From an uncultured Actinomycetes bacterium (GTDB lineage Bacteria > Actinomycetota > Acidimicrobiia > IMCC26256 > DASPTH01): a stretch of DNA of 64,000 nucleotides. Of this stretch, positions 20,544 to 39,812 are shown in pieces (the first letter of the stretch is position 1; each line of letters begins with the position of its first letter). The notes beneath the pieces were generated by a model. That model saw nothing but the letters and a program-made list of their open reading frames with translations. It ran no database searches and was not told where the DNA came from. The translations under genes were made by a program, and so were the position numbers. The DNA lies in NCBI GenBank assembly GCA_963726965.1, contig CAVSEI010000006.1:454448-518447 (forward strand), given 5' to 3'.

Positions 20544-21930
20544 GTGGCCCTGCACCGCAAGATCGTCGACGACAGTCCCATCGACCTCAACCCGCTCTAC
20601 TCGCAGAAGGCGGAGGGCGGGCACGCGCCGCGCCACACCCTGCCCGACCACGAGCTCGACCCCGACATCGCGTTCCAGATGGTGCGCGACGAACTCATGC
20701 TCGACGGGAACTCACGACTCAACCTCGCCACGTTCGTCACCACGTGGATGGAGCCGCAGGCGCAGGCGCTGATGGCCGAGACGTTCGACAAGAACATGAT
20801 CGACAAGGACGAGTACCCGCGCACGGCGGAGATCGAAATGCGGTGCGTCAACATGCTCAGCCGGCTGTGGAACTCGCCCGACGCCGAGGAAGCAACCGGC
20901 ACGTCGACGACCGGCTCGAGCGAGGCCGCCATGCTCGGCGGGATGGCACTGAAGTGGCGCTGGCGGGATCGTCAGAAGGCGGCGGGCAAGGCCACCGACC
21001 AGCCCAACATGGTGATGGGTTCCAACGTGCAGATCTGTTGGGAGAAGTTCTGTCGCTACTGGGACGTCGAACCGCGCCTCGCACCGATGGAGGGCGACCG
21101 GTACCACCTCAACGCCGAGGAGGCGGTGAAGCGGTGCGACGAGAACACCATCGGTGTCGTCCCCGTGCTCGGATCGACGTTCGACGGCAGCTACGAGCCG
21201 GTCGCCGACATCTGTGCGGCGCTCGACAAGCTCCAGGCCGACCAGGGACTCGACGTCCCCGTACACGTCGACGCGGCATCCGGCGGTTTCATCGCGCCGT
21301 TCCTCGATCCCGACCTCGTGTGGGACTTCCGGTTGCCGCGCGTGCAGTCGATCAACACGTCGGGCCACAAGTACGGCCTCGTCTATCCCGGCGTCGGTTG
21401 GGTGATCTGGCGCAATCCCGACGCGCTCCCCGACGACCTGGTGTTCGACGTGAACTACCTGGGCGGCGACATGCCGACCTTCGCGCTCAACTTCTCCCGA
21501 CCCGGCAACCAGATCGCGGCGCAGTACTACAACTTCCTCCGCCTCGGCTTCGAGGGCTACCGGCGGGTGCAACAGGCGTCACGTGACGTCGCCCGCTTCC
21601 TCGCCGACTCGGTCGCCGCGATGGACCAGTTCGACCTCATCACGGACGGCAGCGAGTTGCCGGTGTTCGCATTCACCTTGAAGCCGGGGATCGAGAACTA
21701 CACCGTCTTCGACCTCTCGGAGCGGTTGCCGCGACCGCGGGTGGCTCATCCCGGCCTACAGCTTCCCGGAGAACCGCCAGGACCTCGACGCGCTCCGCAT
21801 CGTCGTCCGCAACGGGATGTCACGCGACCTCGCCGATCTCCTGATGACCGACCTCCGACGTCACGTCGAGTACTTCGACCAGCTCACGTCGCCGCTCCCC
21901 GGGGCCGGCGGCAAGAGCTTCAGCCACTGA
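20544..21930 (+). CDS. gadB: glutamate decarboxylase (PLP-dependent), frame broken near 21727-21731 as given
   Basis: GTG start after AAGGAGG. Motifs NLATFVTTWMEP, DKDEYPRTAEIE, HVDAASGGF and SINTSGHKYG (PLP Lys). After ...FDLSERL the expected RDRGWLIPAYSFPENRQDLDALRIVVRNGMSRDLADLL...GKSFSH plus TGA is in the next frame. Confidence 0.85.
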
Positions 21931-21933
21931 CGG

Positions 21934-22690
21934 ATGGGGCGGCTCGACGGGAAGACGATTCTGGTCATCGGCGGCGCGCAGGGCATCGGGCGCGGCTGCG
22001 TGCTCGCGGCGGCGTCCGAGGGTGCACACGTCGTCATCGGTGACATCAACGCGCGCGGGGCCGTCGACGTCGCCGCGGAAGCGACCGCACGCGGCGCGCG
22101 TGCCGTCGGCATGGAGGGTGACGTCGTGGATCGGGCCAGCGTCGACGCGATGGTCGCGACCGCGGTCGGCGAGTTCGGCCACCTCGACGGGTTGGTGAAC
22201 CTGGCCTACCACCACGATTCCCCGGCGCCGGTCGTCGAGCTCAGCGTCGAAGCGTTCCGCCGGGAACTCGAGGTCGATGTCATCGGCTGTCTCGTCGCCA
22301 TGCAGGCTTCGTACACCGAGCTGCGGGCGACGGGTGGGAGCGTCGTCAACTTCAGCTCCGGCGCCGGAGTCGAAGGGCTCGCCGGACGGCCCGGTGTACG
22401 CCGCGGCCAAGGCCGCGATCCGAAACCTGAGCCGGACGACCGCGCTCGAATGGGGTGCCGACGGGATCCGGGTGAACTGCGTCTGCCCGTTCGCGATGTC
22501 GCCGAGCCTGATCGAGGCGGTGCAGGCGGGCACCGTCGACCAGGCCCAGCTCGACGCGGTGAGCCCGCTCGGTCGACCCGGCGATCCGGAGCTCGACATC
22601 GGCGCGGGCGTCGCGTTCCTGCTCAGTGACGACGCTCGCTACGTGACCGGTCAGACCTTCATGCTCGACGGCGGTGGGCTGGCGCTCTGA
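21934..22690 (+). CDS. short-chain dehydrogenase/reductase family oxidoreductase, frame broken near 22368-22385 as given
   Basis: Rossmann motif TILVIGGAQGIGRG. After ...NFSSGAGVEG the catalytic Y-x-x-x-K region PVYAAAKAAIRNLSRTTALEWG...YVTGQTFMLDGG is in the next frame (ORF 22277..22690). Confidence 0.8.
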
Positions 22691-22700
22691 CCAGCCGGGG

Positions 22701-23594
22701 TCAGACCGCGCCCGACACCCCGACCACCAGCGACGAGACGTAGCCGTTGGTCGCGTTCCCCGTCATCGACGGCGTTTCCAGCGAGACGCCGTCCCGGAAC
22801 ACCATGTCGGTGTCGAGCGAGACCTGCGACAGGTTGCTCACGCTCTGCTCGTAACCGCTGGTGGCGTACACCGCGTCGCACGTGTCCTTGGGGATCGCGA
22901 TCTGCGACGTCGCGAGCTTGTTGGTCCCACTGGTCGCGGCGTCGACGCTCGGGTACACCTCGAAGTGCACGTGCGGCCAACGACCGTCGTAGCAGGCGGG
23001 AAAGATGCTCGTGAAGGTCACGACCCCGTTGCCGTCGACCTGCTGCACCCCCCGCAGGTAGTTGGCCTCGGGGGCCGAGTACATGGAGTAGTGGCCGTCG
23101 CGATCGGCGTGCCACACGTAGACGGCCGCGCCGGCGAGCGGCTTGCAGCCGTTGCCGGTGTCCACCACCGTGAACTGGATCGTGTACGGCACACCCCGCG
23201 CGGTTCCGCTCTTGCCGTCGAAGCTCGTCGTGATGTCCTTGCGCACGACGCCGTGCTCGGCGAGCACATTGGGACCGTTCGACCCGTCACCCGGGAACGG
23301 GCCGCCGGTCTCCTCCGGGATCACCGCACAGCTCGTGACGGCAGCTGACGCCCCGGTCGTGGTCGTGGCGCCGGCGGTGGTCGAGGTCGTCGCCGACGAG
23401 CTCGCGCCCTCCGTCGTCGCGGTCGCGCTGCTCGAATCGTCGCCACTCGAACACCCCGCCACCGCGAGACCGAGCCCGCCGAGGAGCACGAGCGCGCCAC
23501 GTCGAGTGACCGGACGGGTCAAGAGTCGGAGTTCGTCGTCGTCAGAAGCAGTCATGGCGAACAGGTTGCCCGATCGACCTTCACCAATTGGCAA
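22701..23594 (-). CDS. exported (Tat-motif, lipobox-like) intradiol-dioxygenase-fold protein
   Basis: TRRGALVLLGGLGLAVAGC, a Ser/Thr-rich linker, then EETGGPFPGDG, VWHADRDGHYS and GRWPHVHFEV. The start codon is uncertain (TTG 23594 or ATG 23555). Confidence 0.6.
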   Translation of the reverse strand: MPIGEGRSGNLFAMTASDDDELRLLTRPVTRRGALVLLGGLGLAVAGCSSGDDSSSATATTEGASSSATTSTTAGATTTTGASAAVTSCAVIPEETGGPFPGDGSNGPNVLAEHGVVRKDITTSFDGKSGTARGVPYTIQFTVVDTGNGCKPLAGAAVYVWHADRDGHYSMYSAPEANYLRGVQQVDGNGVVTFTSIFPACYDGRWPHVHFEVYPSVDAATSGTNKLATSQIAIPKDTCDAVYATSGYEQSVSNLSQVSLDTDMVFRDGVSLETPSMTGNATNGYVSSLVVGVSGAV

Positions 23595-23652
23595 GAGACT
23601 CTCAGAACGACGCGAGAATGCGCACGACGCCGTTCTTCAGAGAGGAACACCC

Positions 23653-24279
23653 ATGGGCAAGCTCATCGTGACCGAGTTCGTGACGCTGGACGGGGTGGCG
23701 CAGGCGCCCGGAGCGCCTGACGAAGACGACGGCGGCGGCTTCTCGCACGGCGGATGGCAGGCACCACTGGCGGACCAGGAGGGCGACGACATCTTCGAAC
23801 ACGCGAAGAGCATGGATGCCCTGCTCCTCGGGCGACGGACCTACGAGATCTTCGCCAACTACTGGCCGAACGCTCCCGAGGAGATCCCGTTCACCGGCCT
23901 GCTCAACGGTGTCCCCAAGTACGTGGCCAGCCGCACGCTCGCCGATCCTCTGGACTGGCGAGGCTCGACCGTGGTCAGCGAGTCCATCGCCGAGGGCGTC
24001 ACCTCCCTCAAGGAGCGCCACGCTGAAGTCCACGTCATCGGCAGCCTCGACCTCGTGCAGTCACTGCTGCGCTTCGGCCTGGTCGACCGGCTGGAACTGT
24101 GGCTGTACCCGGTGCTGCTGGGCAGCGGCAAGCGGGTGTTCGCCGACGGGACCGTGCCGACCACGCTGCGGCTGCTCGAATCGGTCACCCATCCCAATGG
24201 CGTGGTGCACCTCATCTACGACACCGCCGGAACACCGACGTACGGCCGAATGGGCTCGCCGGAGCTGACGAGCGACTGA
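23653..24279 (+). CDS. dihydrofolate-reductase-family protein (RibD C-terminal-domain-like)
   Basis: ATG at 23653. 208 aa, [20 protein letters not shown]..., [24 protein letters not shown]. Confidence 0.7.
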   Translation: MGKLIVTEFVTLDGVAQAPGAPDEDDGGGFSHGGWQAPLADQEGDDIFEHAKSMDALLLGRRTYEIFANYWPNAPEEIPFTGLLNGVPKYVASRTLADPLDWRGSTVVSESIAEGVTSLKERHAEVHVIGSLDLVQSLLRFGLVDRLELWLYPVLLGSGKRVFADGTVPTTLRLLESVTHPNGVVHLIYDTAGTPTYGRMGSPELTSD

Positions 24280-24303
24280 GGCCGACGACCACCGAGCGGG
24301 GCG

Positions 24304-24630
24304 TTATGACGCTTGGATCTTGATCTCGATGTCGACGCCGGCGGGGAGGTCGAGGCGCTGGAGCGACTCCACCGTCTTGCTGGTCGGCTCGACGATGTCG
24401 AGCAGGCGCTTGTGGATCCGCATCTCGAAGTGCTCGCGCGAGTCCTTGTCGACGTGCGGTGAACGGATCACGCAGTAGCGACGGATCTCGGTCGGGAGCG
24501 GCACCGGACCGCGGACCTTGGCCTGGGTGCGCACGACCGTCTCGACGATCTTCTTCGTCGACTGGTCGATGATCTCGTGATCGTAGGCCTTGAGCCGGAT
24601 CCGGATCTTCTGACCCTTGGACTCGGCCAT
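24304..24630 (-). CDS. rpsJ: 30S ribosomal protein S10
   Basis: 108 aa, ...[26 protein letters not shown]...[32 protein letters not shown]... The ATG directly abuts the tuf stop. Confidence 0.95.
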   Translation of the reverse strand: MAESKGQKIRIRLKAYDHEIIDQSTKKIVETVVRTQAKVRGPVPLPTEIRRYCVIRSPHVDKDSREHFEMRIHKRLLDIVEPTSKTVESLQRLDLPAGVDIEIKIQAS

Positions 24631-25821
24631 CTACTTGATGACTTTGGTGACGACGCCGGAACCGACGGTGCGGCCACCCTCACGAATGGCGAACCGCAGG
24701 CCCTCGTCCATGGCGATCGGCTTCTGCAGCTCGACCGTCATGACCGTGTTGTCGCCGGGCATCACCATCTCGACGCCCTCTTCCAGCTCGATGGAGCCGG
24801 TGACGTCGGTGGTGCGGAAGTAGAACTGCGGGTGGTAGTTGCCGAAGAACGGCGTGTGCCGCCCACCCTCTTCCTTCTTCAGCACGTACACCTGGGCGGA
24901 GAAGTTGGTGTGCGGCGTGATCGAGCCGGGCTTCGCCAGCACCTGGCCACGCTCGACCTCTTCCTTCTTCGTGCCGCGGAGGAGCGCGCCGATGTTGTCA
25001 CCGGCGCGACCTTCGTCGAGGAGCTTGCGGAACATCTCGACACCGGTGCAGGTGGTCTTCGTCGTCGTGCGCAGACCGACGATCTCGATCTCCTCACCGA
25101 CCTTGACCATCCCGCGCTCGACGCGACCGGTCACCACGGTGCCGCGACCGGTGATCGAGAAGACGTCCTCGATCGGCATGAGGAAGGGCTTGTCGATGTC
25201 GCGCGGCGGCTCGACGATGAACGAGTCGACCGCTTCCATCAGCTCGTTGATCTTCGGCGTCCACTCGCCGTCGCCCTCGAGGGCCTTCAGCGCGGAGACC
25301 CGCACGATGGGCGTGTCGTCACCCGCGAACTCGTACTCGTTGAGGAGCTCACGCACCTCGAGCTCGACCAGCTCGAGGATCTCCTCGTCGTCGACCATGT
25401 CGGCCTTGTTCAGCGCGACCACGATCGACGGCACGCCGACCTGGCGGGCGAGCAGCACGTGCTCACGCGTCTGGGGCATCGGGCCGTCGGTGGCGGCGAC
25501 CACGAGGATCGCGCCGTCCATCTGCGCGGCACCGGTGATCATGTTCTTGATGTAGTCGGCGTGGCCGGGGCAGTCGACGTGCGCGTAGTGACGGTTGGGC
25601 GTCTCGTACTCGACGTGCGCGATGGAGATGGTGATGCCTCGTGCCTTCTCCTCGGGCGCCTTGTCGATCTGGTCGAAGGCGTAGAAGGAGTTGTTGCTCG
25701 GGTCGTTGTCGGCCATCACCTTGGTGATCGCCGCGGTCAAGGTGGTCTTGCCGTGGTCGATGTGCCCGATCGTCCCGATGTTGAGGTGCGGCTTCGTCCG
25801 CTCGAACTTCGCCTTGGCCAT
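24631..25821 (-). CDS. tuf: elongation factor Tu
   Basis: 396 aa, [32 protein letters not shown]... Confidence 0.97.
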   Translation of the reverse strand: MAKAKFERTKPHLNIGTIGHIDHGKTTLTAAITKVMADNDPSNNSFYAFDQIDKAPEEKARGITISIAHVEYETPNRHYAHVDCPGHADYIKNMITGAAQMDGAILVVAATDGPMPQTREHVLLARQVGVPSIVVALNKADMVDDEEILELVELEVRELLNEYEFAGDDTPIVRVSALKALEGDGEWTPKINELMEAVDSFIVEPPRDIDKPFLMPIEDVFSITGRGTVVTGRVERGMVKVGEEIEIVGLRTTTKTTCTGVEMFRKLLDEGRAGDNIGALLRGTKKEEVERGQVLAKPGSITPHTNFSAQVYVLKKEEGGRHTPFFGNYHPQFYFRTTDVTGSIELEEGVEMVMPGDNTVMTVELQKPIAMDEGLRFAIREGGRTVGSGVVTKVIK

Positions 25822-25854
25822 GGCTGTCCCTTTACTCCTTGATTCCGTCGAGAA

Positions 25855-27978
<2,124 letters not shown>

Positions 27979-28283
27979 CTCTTCGATTCTCTTCTTCTCA
28001 TCTCCCCCGGGGGAACGGAGGAGTCGAACTTCGGATGAACGTTTTGCAGCACCGAGCCGTTCCCGCCGACGGTCATCGACCAGCGGAGAAGACGGACGGT
28101 GGTCTGCCGGGCAGTTGGCCCCGCCGAGGGAGACCCGCCCCGAAGGGGCGACTTTTCGCCGGAGGCGGAAAGTCGCAGGGGCTCGCTCGGAAGAAGGGGC
28201 CAGCCCGGCAGGCGACCGGCCGGCTTCGGAGCGGAAGCCGGACTAGGCGAGTAAGTACTTGAACAGCACCCGAGACAAAGGCA

Positions 28284-28754
28284 TCACCACCGGTAGTGCG
28301 CGAACGCCTTGTTCGACTCGGCCATCTTCTGCAGATCGTCCTTGCGCTTGATCGACGCGCCGATCCCGTTGCTGGCGTCCATCAGCTCGTTGGCGAGACG
28401 CTCGGCCATGCTCTTCTCGCGCCGCTGGCGGGAGTAGCCGACGATCCAACGCACCGCGAGCGTGGTCGCGCGACGAGGGCGAACCTCGACGGGCACCTGG
28501 TAGGTCGCGCCGCCGACACGCCGGCTGCGCACCTCGAGCGCGGGACGAACGTTCTCGACCGCGCGCTTCAACACCGCGACGGGGTCGCCACCAGCACGCT
28601 TCTCGATGTCGGCGAGCGCGTCGTAGACGATCTTCTCGGCGATCGAGCGCTTGCCCGCTTGCAGGATCTTGTTGACGAGTTGCGTCACGACGACCGACCG
28701 GTAGACCGGGTCGGGCATGAGGTCACGCCGCGGTGCGGGTCCCTTGCGCGGCAT
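28284..28754 (-). CDS. rpsG: 30S ribosomal protein S7
   Basis: ATG at 28754. 156 aa, [29 protein letters not shown]...AFAHYRW. Confidence 0.95.
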   Translation of the reverse strand: MPRKGPAPRRDLMPDPVYRSVVVTQLVNKILQAGKRSIAEKIVYDALADIEKRAGGDPVAVLKRAVENVRPALEVRSRRVGGATYQVPVEVRPRRATTLAVRWIVGYSRQRREKSMAERLANELMDASNGIGASIKRKDDLQKMAESNKAFAHYRW

Positions 28755-28755
28755 C

Positions 28756-29127
28756 TCAGGCGTCCTTCTTGGCGCCGTAGCGGCTGCGGGCCTGCTTGCG
28801 GTTGGCGACACCGCTCGCGTCGAGCGCGCCGCGGACGATCTTGTACCGGACACCGGGGAGGTCCTTCACCCGGCCACCGCGCACGAGCACGATCGAGTGC
28901 TCCTGCAGGTTGTGGCCGATCCCGGGGATGTAGGCAGTGACCTCGATCCCGGACGTGAGCCGGACCCGGGCGACCTTGCGCAGCGCCGAGTTCGGCTTCT
29001 TCGGGGTGTGGGTGAAGACGCGCGTGCAGACGCCGCGCCGCTGGGGTGAACCCTTCAGCGCCGGTGTCTTCGACTTTTCCGGCTTCGTTTCCCGTCCCTT
29101 GCGGACGAGTTGTTGGATCGTGGGCAC
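28756..29127 (-). CDS. rpsL: 30S ribosomal protein S12
   Basis: GTG at 29127. 123 aa, [54 protein letters not shown]... Confidence 0.95.
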   Translation of the reverse strand: MPTIQQLVRKGRETKPEKSKTPALKGSPQRRGVCTRVFTHTPKKPNSALRKVARVRLTSGIEVTAYIPGIGHNLQEHSIVLVRGGRVKDLPGVRYKIVRGALDASGVANRKQARSRYGAKKDA

Positions 29128-29307
29128 AAGACTCCTACGCGCGTGGATTCGTCGAGAAATTTCAGATCGAGCGGACGTGTGGCCGGTGTCGCCGGGGTGG
29201 GCGACGAAGCGATTTCGGGCCGACAGAAAAGGATAGCGGTTGGACCAGGTTGTTCGCCACGCAGCGGGTTCGCGGCCCGACGGCGAGAAAGCACTACGCT
29301 GTAGCAC

Positions 29308-29667
29308 ATGGAGCAGATCGGGGTGCGCGAGCTGCGTCAGCAGGCGAGTCGTTATCTGCGCCGAGTCGAAGCGGGCGAGTCGTTCACCATCACCGACTAC
29401 GGAAGACCGGTCGCAGTGCTCGCCCCCACGATGGAGGCGGTGCGCGCGCAATCCGAAGCGGTGGTCCAGCGTCTCGTCGATGCCGGCGAGTACGCATCGT
29501 CAGCTGACGCCGTCGCTGCCGACATCCACCAGCTCGTCGAGCTGGCGCGCCAGCGCATCATCGGCGACGCGATCGTCGCCGGATACCTGCGTGTCCCCCA
29601 GACGCCGGAGGATGTCGCTGCGGCGCGGGCCGCCGGTCTCCGCGCGATTTCGACCGAGCCCTGGTGA
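29308..29667 (+). CDS. type II antitoxin, Phd/YefM-like N-terminal domain with ParD-like (RHH-type) C-terminal extension
   Basis: 119 aa. [40 protein letters not shown] is Phd-type. [27 protein letters not shown] resembles the ParD G-x-Y-x-S-x-S-E helix region. The stop overlaps the toxin start. Confidence 0.7.
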   Translation: MEQIGVRELRQQASRYLRRVEAGESFTITDYGRPVAVLAPTMEAVRAQSEAVVQRLVDAGEYASSADAVAADIHQLVELARQRIIGDAIVAGYLRVPQTPEDVAAARAAGLRAISTEPW

Positions 29668-29981
29668 GCCCCGTGCAACGCGGAGAAGTCTGGTGGGGAG
29701 AGGAGCCGTCGATCGGGCGTCGTCCATTTCTCGTCTTCTCGAGCGACGAGGTCATACCGGTGTTGCGTACCGTGCTCGCGGTGCCGGCCACCCGCACCAT
29801 CCGCGGCATCCCGTCCGAGGTCCGTCTCGGACGGGACGACGGGATGCCCGATGACTGCGCGCTCTCGTTCGACAACGCAACGGTGCTCGACCAGTCACTG
29901 CTCGTCGAGAGAATCTGCCGACTCGATCCCGCGACGCTCGCGGCCGCGTGCCGCGCCTGGCGTGCCGCGGCGGCGTGTTGA
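29664..29981 (+). CDS. PemK/MazF-family toxin (mRNA interferase-like)
   Basis: 105 aa. RGEVWWGE...RPFLVFSSD...AVPATRTIRGIPSEV...GMPDDCALSFDNATVLDQSLL. Confidence 0.7.
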   Translation: MSPVQRGEVWWGEEPSIGRRPFLVFSSDEVIPVLRTVLAVPATRTIRGIPSEVRLGRDDGMPDDCALSFDNATVLDQSLLVERICRLDPATLAAACRAWRAAAAC

Positions 29982-30682
29982 TGCACCTGCCGGACCCGGC
30001 TCCACTCGACCCATCGTCGCTCGACAACGCGGCGTGGCACGCGCTCTCCACCGTCCACCAGCGCTTCGCCCAGACGACCGGCCAGGCCGCGCGCTACGAC
30101 CCTGCGGTGTCGGTGTTTGCGGCGGTCGACAACTTCGACGACAGTTCGTGGCACGACCTCGCGTCGGTCGTCGGTCCCGGGGGCAGCGCCGTCCTCTTCC
30201 GCGACACCGTCCCCGAGCCACCACCGGGTTGGACCCGGCTCGGCGGTGGGGTGGGCCACCAGATGGTGCTCGGCGAGCTCGCGGCGGTGACGATTCCCGA
30301 GGTCCGGACGCTCGGGCCCGACGACGCCGGCGAGATGCTGGCGTTGGTCGAGCTCACCCAGCCCGGGCCGTTCCGCCCGCGCACGGTCGAGCTCGGTGCG
30401 TACTTCGGCGTGTTCGACGACGCTGCGCTGGTCGCCATGGCCGGTGAGCGTCTCCGGTTTCCGGGCTTCTGTGAGATCAGCGCGGTGTGCACGCATCCCG
30501 ACTGGCGCGGGCGCGGGCTCGCCGCCGGCCTCACCGCGCTGGTCGCGCGCGGCATCCAGGCGCGGGGCGAACGCCCATTCCTCCATCACGCAGCCGCCAA
30601 CGACCCGGCGCGACGGGTCTATGAAGCACTGGGATTCGAGTTCCGGCGGGAGATCGCCATCGCCGTGGTCGGCGCGCCCTGA
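29981..30682 (+). CDS. GNAT-family N-acetyltransferase (two-lobed, FR47-like C-terminal acetyl-CoA site)
   Basis: ATG at 29981 overlaps the toxin TGA (TGATG). EISAVCTHPDWRGRGLAAGLTALV matches the Q/R-x-x-G-x-G/A motif. Confidence 0.7.
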   Translation: MHLPDPAPLDPSSLDNAAWHALSTVHQRFAQTTGQAARYDPAVSVFAAVDNFDDSSWHDLASVVGPGGSAVLFRDTVPEPPPGWTRLGGGVGHQMVLGELAAVTIPEVRTLGPDDAGEMLALVELTQPGPFRPRTVELGAYFGVFDDAALVAMAGERLRFPGFCEISAVCTHPDWRGRGLAAGLTALVARGIQARGERPFLHHAAANDPARRVYEALGFEFRREIAIAVVGAP

Positions 30683-30692
30683 CCGGCGCGCG

Positions 30693-34751
<4,059 letters not shown>

Positions 34752-34790
34752 AGGTCCCTCACTTCTCTCTTCGTCGTCTTGTTCTCGTTC

Positions 34791-34839
34791 GTTTTGGCGT
34801 CACTCGTGCGCCGTAGCGACGCACCAGTGACGCCAAAAC
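34791..34839 (-). other. 20-bp inverted repeat (19/20 paired) in the rpoB-rpoC spacer
   Basis: Minus strand: GTTTTGGCGTCACTGGTGCG, a 9-nt loop, then CGCACGAGTGACGCCAAAAC. One G-G mismatch. Confidence 0.7.
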
Positions 34840-34840
34840 C

Positions 34841-34857
34841 GGGGGGGGGGGGGGGGG
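34841..34857 (-). repeat. 17-nt homopolymer (C17 on the coding strand) directly after the rpoB stop codon
   Basis: Plus strand has G x17 at 34841-34857, followed by TTA (the rpoB TAA) at 34858-34860. Confidence 0.9.
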
Positions 34858-38358
<3,501 letters not shown>

Positions 38359-38489
38359 TCCTTGGTGATGCAGGGGAAAGGGTCGATCGAGCTAGCGGTG
38401 GGCGCGCGCGGGCCGATTCGAAGAACGCTGGCGATGGCACGGCCGGGCAGACACGACTGATGAACAATCTAGTCCGTCAAACATTCCCG

Positions 38490-38525
38490 TGCAAGAACAC
38501 CAGAGAACAGACCCCGAGGGGTCTG
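38490..38525 (-). terminator. attenuator/terminator-like hairpin upstream of rpoB
   Basis: Minus strand: CAGACCCC-TC-GGGGTCTG followed by TTCTCTGGTGTTCTTG, about 150 nt before the rpoB start. Confidence 0.35.
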
Positions 38526-38608
38526 GTCGCTGGCGGCAGGTTACGACACCGCTCCCGTCAGGTCAAGGTTCCGCTCGGGGTCTGTGCAGACTTCTGTATA
38601 GTTTCGTG

Positions 38609-38878
38609 ATGGCCGAACCCCTCAGCGTGACCGAAGCGAGCCGGCGTGGCATCGCCCGCCTGGTCGCCGACGCCGCCCACGGCAGCGAGGTGGTGATCCA
38701 GCGCCACGGGCGACCGGTCGCCGCCATCGTCGGCTACGAGCGCTTCACCGAGTTGGAGCAGCTGCGCGACGACCTCCGCGACCTGGCGCTGACGATCGGG
38801 CGCTCGGCCACCGACGACGGTCGCCGGACGACCCTCGACGACGTCGTCGACGCGTTCGGCCGGGCGAGGAACCGCTGA
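38609..38878 (+). CDS. type II antitoxin, Phd/YefM family
   Basis: ATG at 38609. 89 aa, MAEPLSVTEASRRGIARLVADAAHGSEVVIQRHGRPVAAIVGYERFTELE... TATAGT (38597-38602) lies 6 nt upstream of the ATG, suggesting a leaderless mRNA. Confidence 0.7.
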   Translation: MAEPLSVTEASRRGIARLVADAAHGSEVVIQRHGRPVAAIVGYERFTELEQLRDDLRDLALTIGRSATDDGRRTTLDDVVDAFGRARNR

Positions 38879-38881
38879 AGG

Positions 38882-39386
38882 ATGGCGGGAGTCGTGCTCA
38901 CCGATCCTGCGCTCGACGACGTGCGCCGCGCCGGACCGGTCCTCGCCGCGCTCCTCCTCGGGCGCCTGCGTGCGCTCGACGTCGAGCCGGATGCCGGGTC
39001 CGCGCTGGTCGACGAATCGACCGGCTACCGGGTGCTCCACGCGCTCGACCGCACCGCCCGCATCATCTACACACGGGACCGCGCGTGCGTGACCGTGCAC
39101 GCGATCTGGGTCGACGGTGTGCGGGGTGAGGGCGAAGCCCACGCCGAAGCTCTCGACCGGATGCGCGGCGCGGACCCGCCCGAACAGGTTGCGCTGGCGC
39201 AGATCGTGCGCCGGCTCGGTCGTCTCACCGGAGTGCGGCCGGTCCCGCAGGACCGCCTGCGGGCGCCGGTGCCGGACTGGCTGGCGGACGCGCTGACCGG
39301 CCGAGCGGGCTGGTCACGTCTCGCCGTGGCCGCGATGGACGCGGCCACGGCATTCGAGACGTGGAACACGTTTCTGGAGGACGCGG

Positions 39387-39394
<8 letters not shown>
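38882..39394 (+). CDS. RelE/ParE-like toxin domain with ~85-aa C-terminal extension of unknown function
   Basis: 170 aa. The N-terminal half ends with ...[34 protein letters not shown], the ParE/RelE-type beta-strand pattern. The rest has no recognisable family. The 3' end overlaps the convergent rplL by 8 nt. Confidence 0.5.
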
Positions 39395-39782
<388 letters not shown>

Positions 39783-39812
39783 GGGAATGCTCTTTTCTCC
39801 GGTGATTCGGAC

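Noticed and set aside
19651-20772. 373-aa version of the membrane protein overlapping gadB by 229 nt.
   Set aside because: The last ~90 aa are Arg/Ser/Thr-rich nonsense. A one-base correction in the third LPER repeat gives a clean stop right before the gadB SD.
28035-28262. 75-aa plus-strand ORF inside the rpsG-fusA spacer as a possible small gene.
   Set aside because: It has no SD and an Arg/Gly/Pro-rich composition, and it lies antisense to the operon. The region is better explained by its stem-loops.
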